Source of the DNA: the human T2T-CHM13v2.0 reference genome, Homo sapiens
Reading direction: 5' to 3' (one strand)
NCBI RefSeq assembly: GCF_009914755.1
Contig: NC_060927.1
DNA: 64,000 bases
This document shows positions 14,611 to 28,355 of this stretch, piece by piece (position 1 is the first letter of the stretch; every line of letters starts with the position of its first letter). The notes below the pieces were generated by a model. That model did no database searches and was not told the origin of the DNA. It saw only the letters and a list, made by a program, of their open reading frames with translations. The translations under genes and the position numbers were made by a program.

Positions 14611-16179
14611 CTGATGTAGAATTAGCAAAATGCCAGCCACTGTTCTACGGGTTTATCATGTATTAATTAAAATCCTCACAACAATCTTATAATGAAAATT
14701 ATCTCCATTTTACTATTTATTTACTATTATCTTCATTTTACTGACAAGAAACCAGAACCTTAGAGATGTTAAGTAAATTGCTGAAGATCACACAGCTAAT
14801 AAGAATCTACATCCATTTCACTCCAAAACCTATGGTCTCAATGACTATGCTAATGTAATAACTGACTTAGTCTTGTCTTTGAGTCTATAAATCTTTTCTC
14901 AACCTCACTGTTACTTGATTGAAATGATCCTAACTTCGGCTCACCAAGACTTCTCTTGGTCCTGATTCTACCTCATGTTTCACTCTGTTTCCTATTTCAA
15001 ATCCAGTTCATCTTTTTATGATAAACCTCCTCAAAGTTAGCTAGTTCACCTTATGACAGGTGTTCACCCTGAACCAGTTTTCTGTTGCTGTAGGCAGGAA
15101 AGTTACTTGGTTGAAATAGCACCAAATAGAGGAGTCTGTTTGCATGGCAGCAATATGATTGACATTTCTAATGTGCCCATTCTGCAGATTCAGCAACGAA
15201 GGTTTTTAAAAGTCTGATGACTAACCCAACTTCATTCCATTAATTGTCACCAAAGATAGGACTTCAATTTGGAACTTTTTACTCTGAGGCCAGTGAACGT
15301 TCCATATTTTCTCTGGATATTTCTCTCTGTTTCTAGAGGCCAAATTCTGCCTTGTTTGGAACCATCACTCAAAGTGACTATAGCCAAAATTATATTCAAC
15401 AATAGCAAGTTAAAGAAATTGAGAAATATTCCATATCCTGGAGTTTAGTCTACTGTAAAATAAGTGTTTTGTTCACCCAAATATAATAAATTTGTTCTAA
15501 TAAACATTTTCTCTTTCCCCTTATTGATTCCTGTATCAAGATTTCCTGCTTATGTCCTAAGAAGGGAGAAACTTTTCACAGCTCTGCCAACTCACAGATC
15601 TATAGATCTTATCAGCTCACATAGTCAGATGCCACTGGAGTGTTGGAGAAAAGACTCCCAGAATCTCCCAGAATAATCTGTAAAAATTCAAAGTTTAGAA
15701 AAGAACATTAATGGCTTATGAATGGGAATTAGGCAACATGAGATACAATCCTTTTTCCCACCCCTAAGTAGAGAGTTTGTATAAAAACTAATTCTCTATA
15801 ACAAGATTAGATTTTAGTATGTACCTTTTCTTACAGGCCTGCAGGAAATATTCTGAACTTTATGCTTTTAACAATTTTGGATTAATGTTCACAAATAGAA
15901 GCTAGCTATTGAAAATTGAGAACCCCGCTATTGAAAATTGAGAAAATTGGTACCCCCAGATACCTTAGAACACAAACTATTTCTTAACTATCCTGAGACT
16001 TTGTGTCTTGGTGACCTATGTCCACTATGTTGAAATATTGACTGAGACATGTTCTCTGCTAAGGGAAGGAAGACAGGTGCTCATATTTAAGAAACTCAAT
16101 AAATTTATCTCCTGTTGGCAAGTAATTGTGACCATAACAAAACAAAGATTCCAGTTTAGCAAATCAATGGCTTGTAATC

Positions 16180-17998
16180 TCAAGGAGAGCACAAGGAACT
16201 TTATTAATGACTTTCTTAATGGTTAAATGCTGTTTACCAAGTGACCCAGAGGCAGCGTGGTTTAGTGGTTTCAACAGCATGGTCCCGAGAGTCTGACAAA
16301 CCTCAGTTCAAATCCTTCTTTTGTCTTCACTTAGTTTTTCTTCCTGAGATTTAGTTTCTTCATCGTTAACAATGAGGATATTAATATGTTTCACACAGTT
16401 GTTATGAAGAATGCATATATTAGAATGCCTGCAGAGAAAAAGAAAATAAATAAATGTTATTGCTTTCCTTTCTTTTCTCATGAGAGACGTTTTGTAAAAC
16501 AAATTTCTACTACAACAGTAAAATTTGGCATCCATGATAATCTTATCTCATTTCAACTGGTAACACCTAGCACAAAGCTATAAGCCCCTAGAGATCTTAG
16601 AGAAGTTATACAATAATAATTCTAGTCCAACTTATTCAAAAGCTGGTTACACCTTTCCTTTCAACCTTTCCACTTCATCAGTAAAGTAAAGGAGGATGTT
16701 TCTGGATACCTATATCATAGTTGAGAGAGAAAATTTAATCTAGATACTGTTCTGTGCCATCTGCTCATTTCGTATCCAGCACAGCTCTGTGGAGGGCAAG
16801 GAAGCTCAAGTCTTTGAAGATATGATGCTGGCACTCACCAAGAATTTTTATAATTCGCATCTAGGAAATGCTTAAAGCAATACACTTGGATAATTAACTA
16901 ACTTGGCATTGCTCAAAGTTCTGAGTGTGGAGAATTAATTAAAGGCAGCATTTCAAGTGTTAGCAAGGGGTAAATGGGGTGAAATTGTGACAGCTGAATT
17001 GAACAGATTGGAAAATAGATGTATGAATACAGAGGTAGCTGAGAAGTGTTTCTAACCTCTGGGAAAGCTGATTTAATTTACCACTCAGTATTTTCTTCTG
17101 CTCTTAATTTGGTTATGAGACCCAGAGTAACTATGTAAGATTGAAGACAGAGGCTCTTTCCCATGGGCATGGACATGAAAATCACAGTAGAACTACAGGA
17201 GAGCTTCCTTTAAGTAAGTATGTTGTGTGCCTTTAAGACACTAAATTTGTAGAGAAAGACACATCCATTAACCACTTTTAGAGCTCAGATGTGGGAACTC
17301 TTTCCTTATTGCTGAGGAAGTCACTTGGAAAAGAAGTCCAATGGGAATTAAAATAATCCACTTACTCTGCCAGTAAGATACCATGATCTTATTAGTCAAT
17401 AACTTTGGCAAAAAAAAAAAATTAGAAAATAGGGCATGGTGATGTAGGTGTTTTGGGAAGGAAAAGAAAAGGAAGTAAAGTTTTGACTTTGACTTTTTTT
17501 CCCACAAATGAATCTAAAGTAGCTAATTATGAAGTCATTTCATGATATTATTTTACTCTGCGACAGCCTTCTACAAAAAAAAACAAAAACAAAAACAAAA
17601 CAAAAAAACACTGCTCAGTCAATTCAGCTTTAAACAGTCTTCATTGATAAGGGCAATAGAAAGGCCAGTCAGACATTCTACTCTGAAGGCAGAATCCAAC
17701 AGATCTGATTCCAGAGCCTGGTACATGGAGTTTCCCAGATAACTTTATCTGCCCTTGCCGTCGTCTAATCTAACCTAGGTAGAAGGAGTCACTTTGTCTC
17801 CTTTAGACTCACCTTGTCATTCAGCACACACTGCCCAGAGCATGCAGACAGACTTTTGCACCCGCATGGGCACAGAGTCAGTTTTCCCAACAAAAGTCCT
17901 GATTTGGCACTGCTTTTCAGACAGTAGGAGCTTATGGGGTACCCAGTTGGCAGAGCCTCATTAGGTAATAAGAGGGAAAACTTTTCACCCTGGCAGTC
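16180..17998 (-). ncRNA. Candidate spliced transcript: exon 17998-17813 and MIR-derived terminal exon 16428-~16180
   Basis: Minus strand: tcatctcttttag acceptor (AG at 18000-17999); AAG/gtgagt donor (GT at 17812-17811); ttttctttttctctgcag/G acceptor (AG at 16430-16429); AATAAA at 16205-16200. Confidence 0.4.
16245..16430 (+). mobile_element. MIR
   Basis: gaggcagcgtggtttagtgg...ttcaaatcc...tagtttcttcatc...cacacagttgttatgaaga MIR core. Confidence 0.75.
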
Positions 17999-18490
17999 CT
18001 AAAGAGATGAATAATAATTCCCTGTGTTACTTCCTCATCAACTCCAGCAGGCAAATTAACTTCCTGCTTCATGTAATGCTCATGTTCTTTTAAATTCTGC
18101 CTGAGTACACCATAGCACTTTCTTCTCAATGGATCGACTTGTTATTTAAGGGAGGAGTAGATTAATCTACCCCCAGATATTAAAAAACATTCTCAGATAT
18201 GCTGCCTAGAAACCCAGGATAGTTTTGCACGACTAATATAGACAACTCACATAACTAAATAGTTTGCATTTTTTTTGCCTACCAGGAGCATGGAAGCCAT
18301 TCACTTATTCCCCATTTATTGAGTCAACAAATACTTATCTATTGATGTTATGTTTCAGGCATTATACTCTGCAAGACTGAGGCTTTCTTTTAGGTTCCAA
18401 GAAGACCAGAGTAAAGGTATACAAAGAAATAGTTCAGAGACAAATAGATAATAATAATCTTTTAAATCCTTCAAAATTAAAAGCAATTAC

Positions 18491-18803
<313 letters not shown>

Positions 18804-20854
18804 TTACAAGACACTACTGAGTAGATTATTTTAGAGCAAATGGAAACATGCTGGCAGTTCACAAAGGTACAATAGGGAAGAGGGAAATGTTTATTTGGAG
18901 AGTGTGCTAGAATTAAACTGCACACATGTTTTATTATGGGAGACAATCAATCCCTGAGACTGGATGGCTCATGCCAAGACTCAGCAACATAAAGTGTTGT
19001 GCCAACTTCAAACATAAAGCAACCAATCAATGGCTACCTTTTTTTGAGATCCTAATATATCCAGTGCTTTGCAGATGTTACTTCTCTTAGCCCTCACGGC
19101 AATCATTGAAAGAAGAAATTAGAATAACTTCCTTTTGGCCACCTGCCCAAGGAAGTTAACTGGTAGAAGCAAATTTAAAGTTAACACCCCAAATACAGAA
19201 GCAAACTCATGTTGCAAATGGTCACTGCCTGCCAAAGCCAACAGTATATGTGGGGAGATGAGCCCTACATATTTAAAAAGCTAAAAATATATGACAACTA
19301 TGCTAGTTGTTATATAGCTACAAAGTTGAATTATTTTCTAAAGTTCGAGGAGCTTCCAATCTATTATATAAAAGGTATATTACTGATCTCATAATATAAA
19401 ACAAATAAGTGTCAGAAGAGAACTATAAACATAGAATTGTTAGGAATAGCAATGAATTTTAGCTCGGGATAATCAGAAAATGACATTGAGCTGCGCCTTT
19501 AAGAAAATCAAACATTTTAACAGGTGGAATTTTTGACAAGAATGTAGGGCATTTGTCCTGGGAACATGGGAGCATATGACCCATTTTTGGAATGGTGAAC
19601 AGCAGTCTGGTGTGGTTATAGTATATACAATTAATAAGGAAGTATAATGGGAAATGGTGTCCAAGGAGCAGGTTGGGACCACATTGTGGAGTGAGTTTAT
19701 GGTCTATCTTGGAGGTAAATGGAAGCCATTAATGACTTTTAAGAACAAGGGATAATACCAGATGTGCATTTCATAAATGTAAATTAGAGAATGGAAAACT
19801 GGAGGAAAAACTGGAGAAAATACAGATCATACCCTGAGAGGCCAGTTAGAAACCTATTACTGTGGTGTAATCAAAAATACTGAAGTTAATGGTAGTCAGA
19901 GTAGAAGAGAGGGAATATCTTTCAAAAACACTTAATGGGCAGGATTTAGCCACCAACTGAAGGAGAGTAGAAATTAAAGATGACACGATATTGTCTAGCT
20001 TAAGTACTAAAAAGGATATATTTGAGAGTAAAGATAAAGTCAGTGAATAATCAGTCTGTATAAGAGACAAACTTAATGCATAGTCTTTTGGGGAAGCAAA
20101 AAACTAACACTGTGGGTTGGGGCTAGTAATCAGAATTCACCCAGAATTAGCCGAAATACTATGGGCCCCAAGCATTAGGATAATAAAGCAAAGACTTCTT
20201 TTTTTCTACCTTTCTTTCTGCTGAACTTGCATTTTATACTAGGTTTGCTCAACTCTCTGATCAGGTGCTTGCTCTCTGCATGTTATTGAGCTCCAACATC
20301 AGAAGTAAAATGATGAGATTTCCTTCCTCTGAAAATGTTACAGGATGTCAATGGCAGTCATGTAGTGATAGTTATGTCTGTAGTAACCGTAGTAATGACT
20401 TAACCTTGTAAAGCACTTTAAACTTTTTAAACACTCTAACACTCATTCATTCAACAAATATTTCTGGACCTCATTTACCACGGGAGGTAGCCACGATGAT
20501 CACAAGTGTATGTTCTGGAGTCAGGCTGCTTGGGATTGAGTTCTGGCTCTGCCAAACACTGACTGTGTGACCTTGAGCAGTTCTTAACTCCTCTGTGCCA
20601 TTTTCTGATCTTGTCTATAAGGTAGTAATAACAATCGTATTGGAAAAATGACTGAATGAGTTAATTCATGTAAAGCATTTACAAAAATGCCTGGGACTCT
20701 TAAGTGTTCAGTATGCTGTCATTACTTTCTATGAGACATTCTGGTGAATGCTTTAAAATGGCCAAGGGAGTTATCAAAAAAAAGAGTTTCTCTTATGAAG
20801 GAGCACAAAGTTATTGGGAGAAAATTAGATGGAATATAGAAAATTCCTAATATA

Positions 20855-21339
20855 TTTTAATTGATAACTAAAAAGTATATATATTTATGGCATACAATGT
20901 GATGTGTTGATATATGTATGCACTGTGGAAAAGCAAAATCAAGCTAATTAACATATTCATTACCTCACATATTTATTTCTTTTGTGGTGAAAACACTTAA
21001 AATCTACTTTCATAGCAGTTTTCAAGAATACAATACATTGTTATTAACTATAATCACCATGTCGTAGGATGAATCTCTTGAACTTATTCCTCCTATCTAA
21101 CTGAAATTCTGTATACTTTGACAAACATTTCTCCATTCTCTTGTCCCATCAGACTCTCATAACCACCATTCTACTCTCTGCTTCTATAAATTCAATGTTT
21201 TTAGATTTCACATATAAGTGAGATTATGCAGTATTTATCTTTCTGTGCCTGGTTCATTTCACTTAACATAATGTCCTCCACATTTATTCATATTGTCACA
21301 AATAACAGGATGCCCCCTTTTCATGGCTGAATAATATTC

Positions 21340-21405
<66 letters not shown>

Positions 21406-21525
21406 CACATTTTCTTTATTCATTCATCTACTGATGGACACAGATCAATTCCAGTCTTAGCTAGTGTAGTAATGCTTCAATGAACACAAGAGACAGATAT
21501 CTCTTTGACATACTAATTTCATTTT
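20855..21525 (-). mobile_element. L1MA (MA8/9-like) 3' end
   Basis: caagctaattaacatattcattacctcacat, cttgaacttattcctcctatctaactgaaat, catataagtgagattatgcagtattt. Confidence 0.8.
21344..21406. repeat. Compound (TA)n(CA)n(TA)n microsatellite
   Basis: Seen directly inside the L1MA. Confidence 0.95.
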
Positions 21526-23402
21526 AGTTCATATTATCTTTAAACCAAACCTTCAAGAACTTGGTTATTTATCTTTGTACCTGATCTCACTACTCCACCC
21601 CCAACTACCACTGAAGTACTTAGAATAGTAGCCAGAATAAAGTTGGCACATCTAATAAATGTTTGCTAATCTATTTATTATGTGTCCAAAGAAAGATGCT
21701 ATTAAAATGCCAATAGAATTCAAAAGGAAAGACTCTGTTCAGTTGGAGGAATCAGAGGTGCCCTTTGAATGACCACAGAGGAGGCAGCATTTGTGGTGCA
21801 CTTGGATGAATCATTGAGATTTGATGTTATGTCATGCGCCCCCACAACAGGGGAGGTAGGTAGATCACATTCTCTAATCTGACGTTTATAGATGATACTT
21901 TGCTGTAACAAAGCATGAAGGCGAAGTGACTTGCTCAAGGTCACACTACTGTAGCAACATCAGTGGGCTAGGAACTGAGTGCTCCCAGCTTCTAGACCAG
22001 TTCCATCTGGTTGGGATGGCATAGACCCTGCAGCTTTACAGACAGCTTGTTTAGCACGTTTGGCCCTCATTCTGGGTTATGGGCTATGAACAGACTAAAG
22101 TTCCTCTCCCGCAGCCTCTAAGTGCCATTGTGCACTCCATGTTTGGGCATCAATCTGCCTTGCAGCCGTCATTGGCAATGAAATTAAAGCTCAGTGCAGA
22201 GCAGATGGACCATTTCCCCATTCTGGCAGGCACACATTAGGCTCCCCTACCGCATCTAGGAGTTGCTAACACCAGCAGCAAAGGAAGGGAAGCATGACCA
22301 ACAGCTATGAGAGTGCCGTTTCCACGGCAGGCAGTGTCAGCAACTCCTCCATCTGGGGCAGCAGCAACAAGGAGACATGCCTGTGCATAGCAGGAGCACT
22401 CAAAAAACGCCCCATGAATGAACCTGGCATTTTGAATATAAAAAGGCTTCAAGATAGCCAATATGAGAAAAATCATAGTGAGAACTTCCTCACACTTACT
22501 GTACAGTTTCATATTATGTTTATTTTCAATTACACACCACACTGGGGGTGGGAAGCACCACTGTCTTTTCAGGTTTGACCCTTTAACAGTTGTGATCTGT
22601 TTCAATTTTTGTTTAAAGCTTAATGTAGAGTAGGAAAATGTATTTTACTATCTTTCCTTTGGTTGAGGTCATTTTAAGAACAAAAATACTTTTAACCTCT
22701 GTGGGACCATAGCCACCCTTTTGTATCAAGCAGGTAAAACAAAATGTCAATGTTATTGCTATGGTATTTTTGGTTTTGCCCAAATTATTTCAAATATTAA
22801 CTTGGAGCAGACAATGAGATTATGTGGATGGCAAATTTTTGACATTTCCTAGGCTATGCAAAGGACATTCTCTGGGTTATTATTCCTTCACTTTTTTTCA
22901 AAAAAACTTTCGGCTATTGGAAATTTGACAAATTTAATTTCTTGGCATGGCTGTATCAACTACAATACAACCGTTTTCTGAGTTGCACTCAAACACTGTT
23001 CTCAAAACCAGCAGAACTTTTCAAAATTAGCCACATGCCTAAAATATTATATTTCAAGTCACCCAAGGCAGAAATACAGAAAGAAATTATGCCAGATATA
23101 GAATGAGAAACACAACAATGGAATGAGGAAGAATTTCAGACAATACTCAGTTGAGGTCAGGGTTCAGGCACTGCTGAGGAGGATATAAATTATTACAAAC
23201 TTTCTTGCTGAAAATTTGCTATATTCATAAAATGAAATAAATGTCACGCAGCCATTAAAAATCATGTGACAAATCAGTTCAACTGGAAAGATGATCATAA
23301 TGAAATGTTAAAATAGAAAAAAAGCAAATTATAAAATTGTGAAAAGCATGATCCCATTTTAATAAAATATACATATTAAAGGGTATATATAGATTTTCCA
23401 CA

Positions 23403-23470
23403 TGTGTGTGTATATATATGTGGGTGTGGGTGTGTGTGTGTGTGTGTATGCGTGTGTGTGTGTTTGTGTG
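23403..23470. repeat. Imperfect (TG)n microsatellite
   Basis: Seen directly. Confidence 0.9.
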
Positions 23471-23494
23471 AATAGAGAAAAGTATGTATATGGG

Positions 23495-24205
23495 CAGTCA
23501 ATTCTCATTATTTGCATTATTTATGTTATGTAAAGTTGAATTAGCCACTATTCCTATGGGAAATAAAGAATTAGGTTTCTGTGAGCCTCTGGTCACAATG
23601 TTTCTGTCAACCAATCAAAACAAAACCTTGTTTTATGTGTGTTTTATGTGTGTTTCTGTTTGAAATATGACTTCATATATATTTTCACAAATAATTATAT
23701 GCATTATTTCTTTATAATAACACACTAGTCAAGAAGAGTTTAAATTTTTCCTGAACCTGGGTAAAATGAATATAAATTTCTCTGACTTTCAGCCTCAGAA
23801 CAATGTTGTCCATTATGCCTATTTTTATCAGGCATCATCTCATGAATCCCAAATTCAGCCATTTCTCCCTTCCATAGCTTTATCAGGCACTACTGATGCT
23901 ACTTTAGCACTTTCCAGAGCAACCTCACCTACAGGCACATATCAGCCAATTTCCTCTTTCTTTCTCTGGATGTACCCTATTGTGGATTGCTTAGCATTGG
24001 GCTTAGAGTTAACAGCATTAAAACTCATGCCTGAATGAAGCTTATCTAACACATGCATTTTTTCCATAATGCACATCACAGCTTTCCTGAGCTTAAAAAC
24101 ACTGGACAGCACTTCAGCAGTACTCTTGGGAGCGATTTTAAAGAGAAAAATTGCCAAGAAAAAGTACAAAAATGGGAAGAAGTGGCACTAAAGTGACAAT
24201 GAAAA
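23495..24205 (-). mobile_element. Tigger6/MER82-family DNA transposon, truncated on the right
   Basis: Left TIR cagtcaattctcattatttgc; ORF 23942-24169 APKSTAEVLSSVFKLRKAVMCIMEKMHVLDKLHSGMS resembles a Tigger transposase N-terminal HTH; no right TIR found. Confidence 0.8.
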
Positions 24206-24234
24206 AAAATTCTTGGAAATATATATATATGTAT

Positions 24235-24442
24235 ATTTCAGAGCCTTTCCTCATTACACCCATCCTTGCTTACCTCTCTTACATTTCCGCCCCATCTTTG
24301 TTTCTTCTTTCTCCTTAAGTTTATTTCCTTCTTGTAAAAGAAAATTTAGCTAAGATTGATAGGTTCAAGAAGTAAAACCAAAAAAAAAAAACAGTTACAA
24401 TCAAAAATTACCAGTGAAAATTGTGGTACACACATACACACA
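24235..24442 (+). repeat. Left arm of long inverted repeat
   Basis: atttcagagcctttcctcattacacccatccttgc...ttaccagtgaaaattgtggtacacac is the reverse complement of 28325-28554. Confidence 0.95.
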
Positions 24443-24467
24443 TATATATATACACGTGTGTGTGTGT

Positions 24468-25968
24468 ATACATATATCCAAGAGGATATATATATATATA
24501 TCCATCCAAGAGGACATATATATATGTATATATATCCAAGAGGATATATATATATATATATATATATCCAAGAGGATATATATATATGTATATATATCCA
24601 AGAGGATATATATATATGTATATATATCCAAGAGGATATATATATATGTATATATATCCAAGAGGATATATATATATGTATATATATCCAAGAGGATATA
24701 TATATATATGTATATATATCCAAGAGGATATATATATATGTATATATATCCAAGAGGATATATATATATGTATATATATCCAAGAGGATATATATATATG
24801 TATATATATCCAAGAGGATATATATATGTATATATATCCAAGAGGATATATATATATGTATATATATCCAAGAGGATATATATATGTATATATATCCAAG
24901 AGGATATATATATGTATATATATCCAAGAGGATATATATATATAAGAGGATATATATATATATCCAAGAGGATATATATACATATATCTTATATCCATCC
25001 AAGAGGATATATATATACACATCCATCCAAGAGGATATATATATCCAAGAGGATACATATATATATCCAAGAGGATACATATATATATCCAAGAGGATAC
25101 ATATATATATCCAAGAGGATATATATATACACAAGGGGATATATAGACACAAGAGGATATATATATAGACACAAGAGGATATATATATATCCAAGAGGAT
25201 ATATATATATATCTCCAAGAGGATATATATATATACACAAGAGGATATATATATATACACACAAGAGGATATATATATGTACACACAAGAGGATATATAT
25301 ATATATATATCCAAGAGGATATATATATATATATCCAAGAGGATATATATATATATATATATCCAAGAGGATATATATATATATATATATATCCAAGAGG
25401 ATATATATATATATATATATATCCAAGAGGATATATATATATATATATATATCCAAGAGGATATATATATATATATATATATCCAAGAGGATATATATAT
25501 ATATATATATATCCAAGAGGATATATATATATATATATATATCCAAGAGGATATATATATATATATATATATCCAAGAGGATATATATATATATATATAT
25601 ATCCAAGAGGATATATATATATATATATATATCCAAGAGGATATATATATATATATATATCCAAGGGGATATATATATATATATATATCCAAGGGGATAT
25701 ATATATATATATATCCAAGGGGATATATATATATATATATCCAAGGGGATATATATATATATATATCCAAGGGGATATATATATATATATATCCAAGGGG
25801 ATATATATATATATATATCCAAGGGGATATATATATATATCTCCAAGGGGATATATATATATATATCTCCAAGGGGATATATATATATATCTCCAAGGGG
25901 ATATATATATATATATATCTCCAAGAGGGGATATATATATATATATATATATATATCTCCAAGAGGGG

Positions 25969-26000
<32 letters not shown>

Positions 26001-26611
26001 CCAAGAGGGGATATATATATATATACACACACAAGAGGTGATATATATACATATATATATCTCCAAGAGGTGATTGATATATATATATATATATCTCCAA
26101 GAGGAGATGTATATATATATATATATATATATATCCAAGAGGAGATATATATATATATATATATATATCCAAGAGGAGATATATATATCTCCAAGAGGAT
26201 ATATATATATATATCTCTCTCTCCAAGAGGATATATATATATCTCTCTCCAAGAGGATATATATATATATATCTCTCTCTCTACAAGAGGAGATATATAT
26301 ATATATATATCTCCAAGAGGAGATATATATATATATATATCTCCAAAAGGAGATATATATATATATATCTCCTCTAGGAGAGATATATATATATATATAT
26401 ATATCTCCAAGAGGAGATATATATATATATATATATATCTCCTCTAGGAGATATATATATATATCTCCAAGAGGAGATATATATATATATCTCCAAGAGG
26501 AGATATATATATATATCTCCAAGAGGAGATATATATATATATCTCCAAGAGGAGATATATATATATATATATATCTCCAAGAGGAGATATATATATATAT
26601 ATATCTCCAAG

Positions 26612-26654
<43 letters not shown>

Positions 26655-26805
26655 CAAGAGGGATATATATATATATATATCTCCAAGAGGGATATATATA
26701 TATATATCTCTCCAAGAGGGATATATATATATATATATCTCCAAGAGGGATATATATATATATATATCTCCAAGAGGGATATATATATATATATATATCT
26801 CCAAG

Positions 26806-26846
<41 letters not shown>

Positions 26847-26883
26847 CAAGAGGGATATATATATATATATATATATCTCCAAG

Positions 26884-26926
<43 letters not shown>

Positions 26927-28320
26927 CAAGAGGGATATATATATATATCTCCAAGAGGGATATATATATATATCTCCAAGAGGGATATATATATATATAT
27001 ATCTCCAAGAGGGATACATATATATATATCTATCTCCAAGAGGGATATATATATATAATATATCTATCTCCAAGAGGAGATAGATATATATATATCTCTC
27101 CAAGAAGAGACAGATACATATATATCTCTCCAAGAGGAGACATATATATATCTCCAAGAGGATATATATATATATATATCTCCAAGAGGATATATATATA
27201 TATATATCTCCAAGAGGATATATATATATATATATCTCTCCAAGAGGATATATATATATATATATATCTCTCCAAGAGGATATATATATATATATATATA
27301 TATCTCCAAGAGGATATATATATATATATATATCTCCAAGAGGATATATATATATCTCTCCAAGAGGATATATATACATATATCTCTCTCCAAGAGGATA
27401 TATATATCTCTCTCCACGAGGATATATATACATATATCTCTCTCCAAGAGGATATATATACATATATCTCTCTCCAAGAGGATATATATATATATATCTC
27501 CAAGAGGGATATATATATATATATCCAAGAGGATATATATACACATATATATATCCAAGAGGATATATATACACATATATATATCCAAGAGGATATATCT
27601 ATATATATATATATCCAAGAGGATATATCTATATATATATATATCCAAGAGGATATATCTATATATATATATATATCCAAGAGGATATATCTATATATAT
27701 ATATATATCCAAGAGGATATATCTATATATATATATATCCAAGAGGATATATATATATATATATATATCCAAGAGGATATATATATATATATATATATCC
27801 AAGAGGATATATATATATATATATATCCAAGAGGATATATCTATATATATATATATATATATCCAAGAGGATATATCTATATATATATATATAGCCAAGA
27901 GGATATATCTATATATATATATATATCCAAGAGGATATATCTATATATATATATATATCCAAGAGGATATATCTATATATATATATATATCCAAGAGGAT
28001 ATATCTATATATATATATATATCCAAGAGGATATATCTATATATAGATATATCCAAGAGGATATATCTATATATAGATATATCCAAGAGGATATATCTAT
28101 ATATAGATATATCCAAGAGGATATATCTATATATAGATATATATAGATATATATCTCCTTCGTTACATATATATATCCATATCCAAGATATATATATTAT
28201 ATATATATCCATATCCAAGATATATATATTATATATATATCCATATCCAAGATATATATATTATATATATATCCATATCCAAGATATATATATATTATAT
28301 ATATAATGTATCTCCAAGAG
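24468..28320. repeat. AT-rich VNTR, unit (TA)n-CC-AAGA-GG-(AT)n, mostly ~20-45 bp, roughly 130-140 units (estimated from length)
   Basis: Seen directly; variant cores ccaagagga, ccaagggga, ctccaagaggaga, ctccaagaggga occur in blocks. Confidence 0.98.
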
Positions 28321-28324
28321 TTTC

Positions 28325-28355
<31 letters not shown>

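Noticed and set aside
24346-28218. Many long I/Y-rich ORFs (up to 866 aa) on both strands
   Set aside because: Artefact of translating (TA)n-rich repeats that lack stop codons; open in several frames at once
24468-28320. CRISPR-like look of a constant CCAAGAGGA core with variable spacers
   Set aside because: Spacers are (TA)n rather than unique sequence, there are no cas genes, and the context is primate DNA
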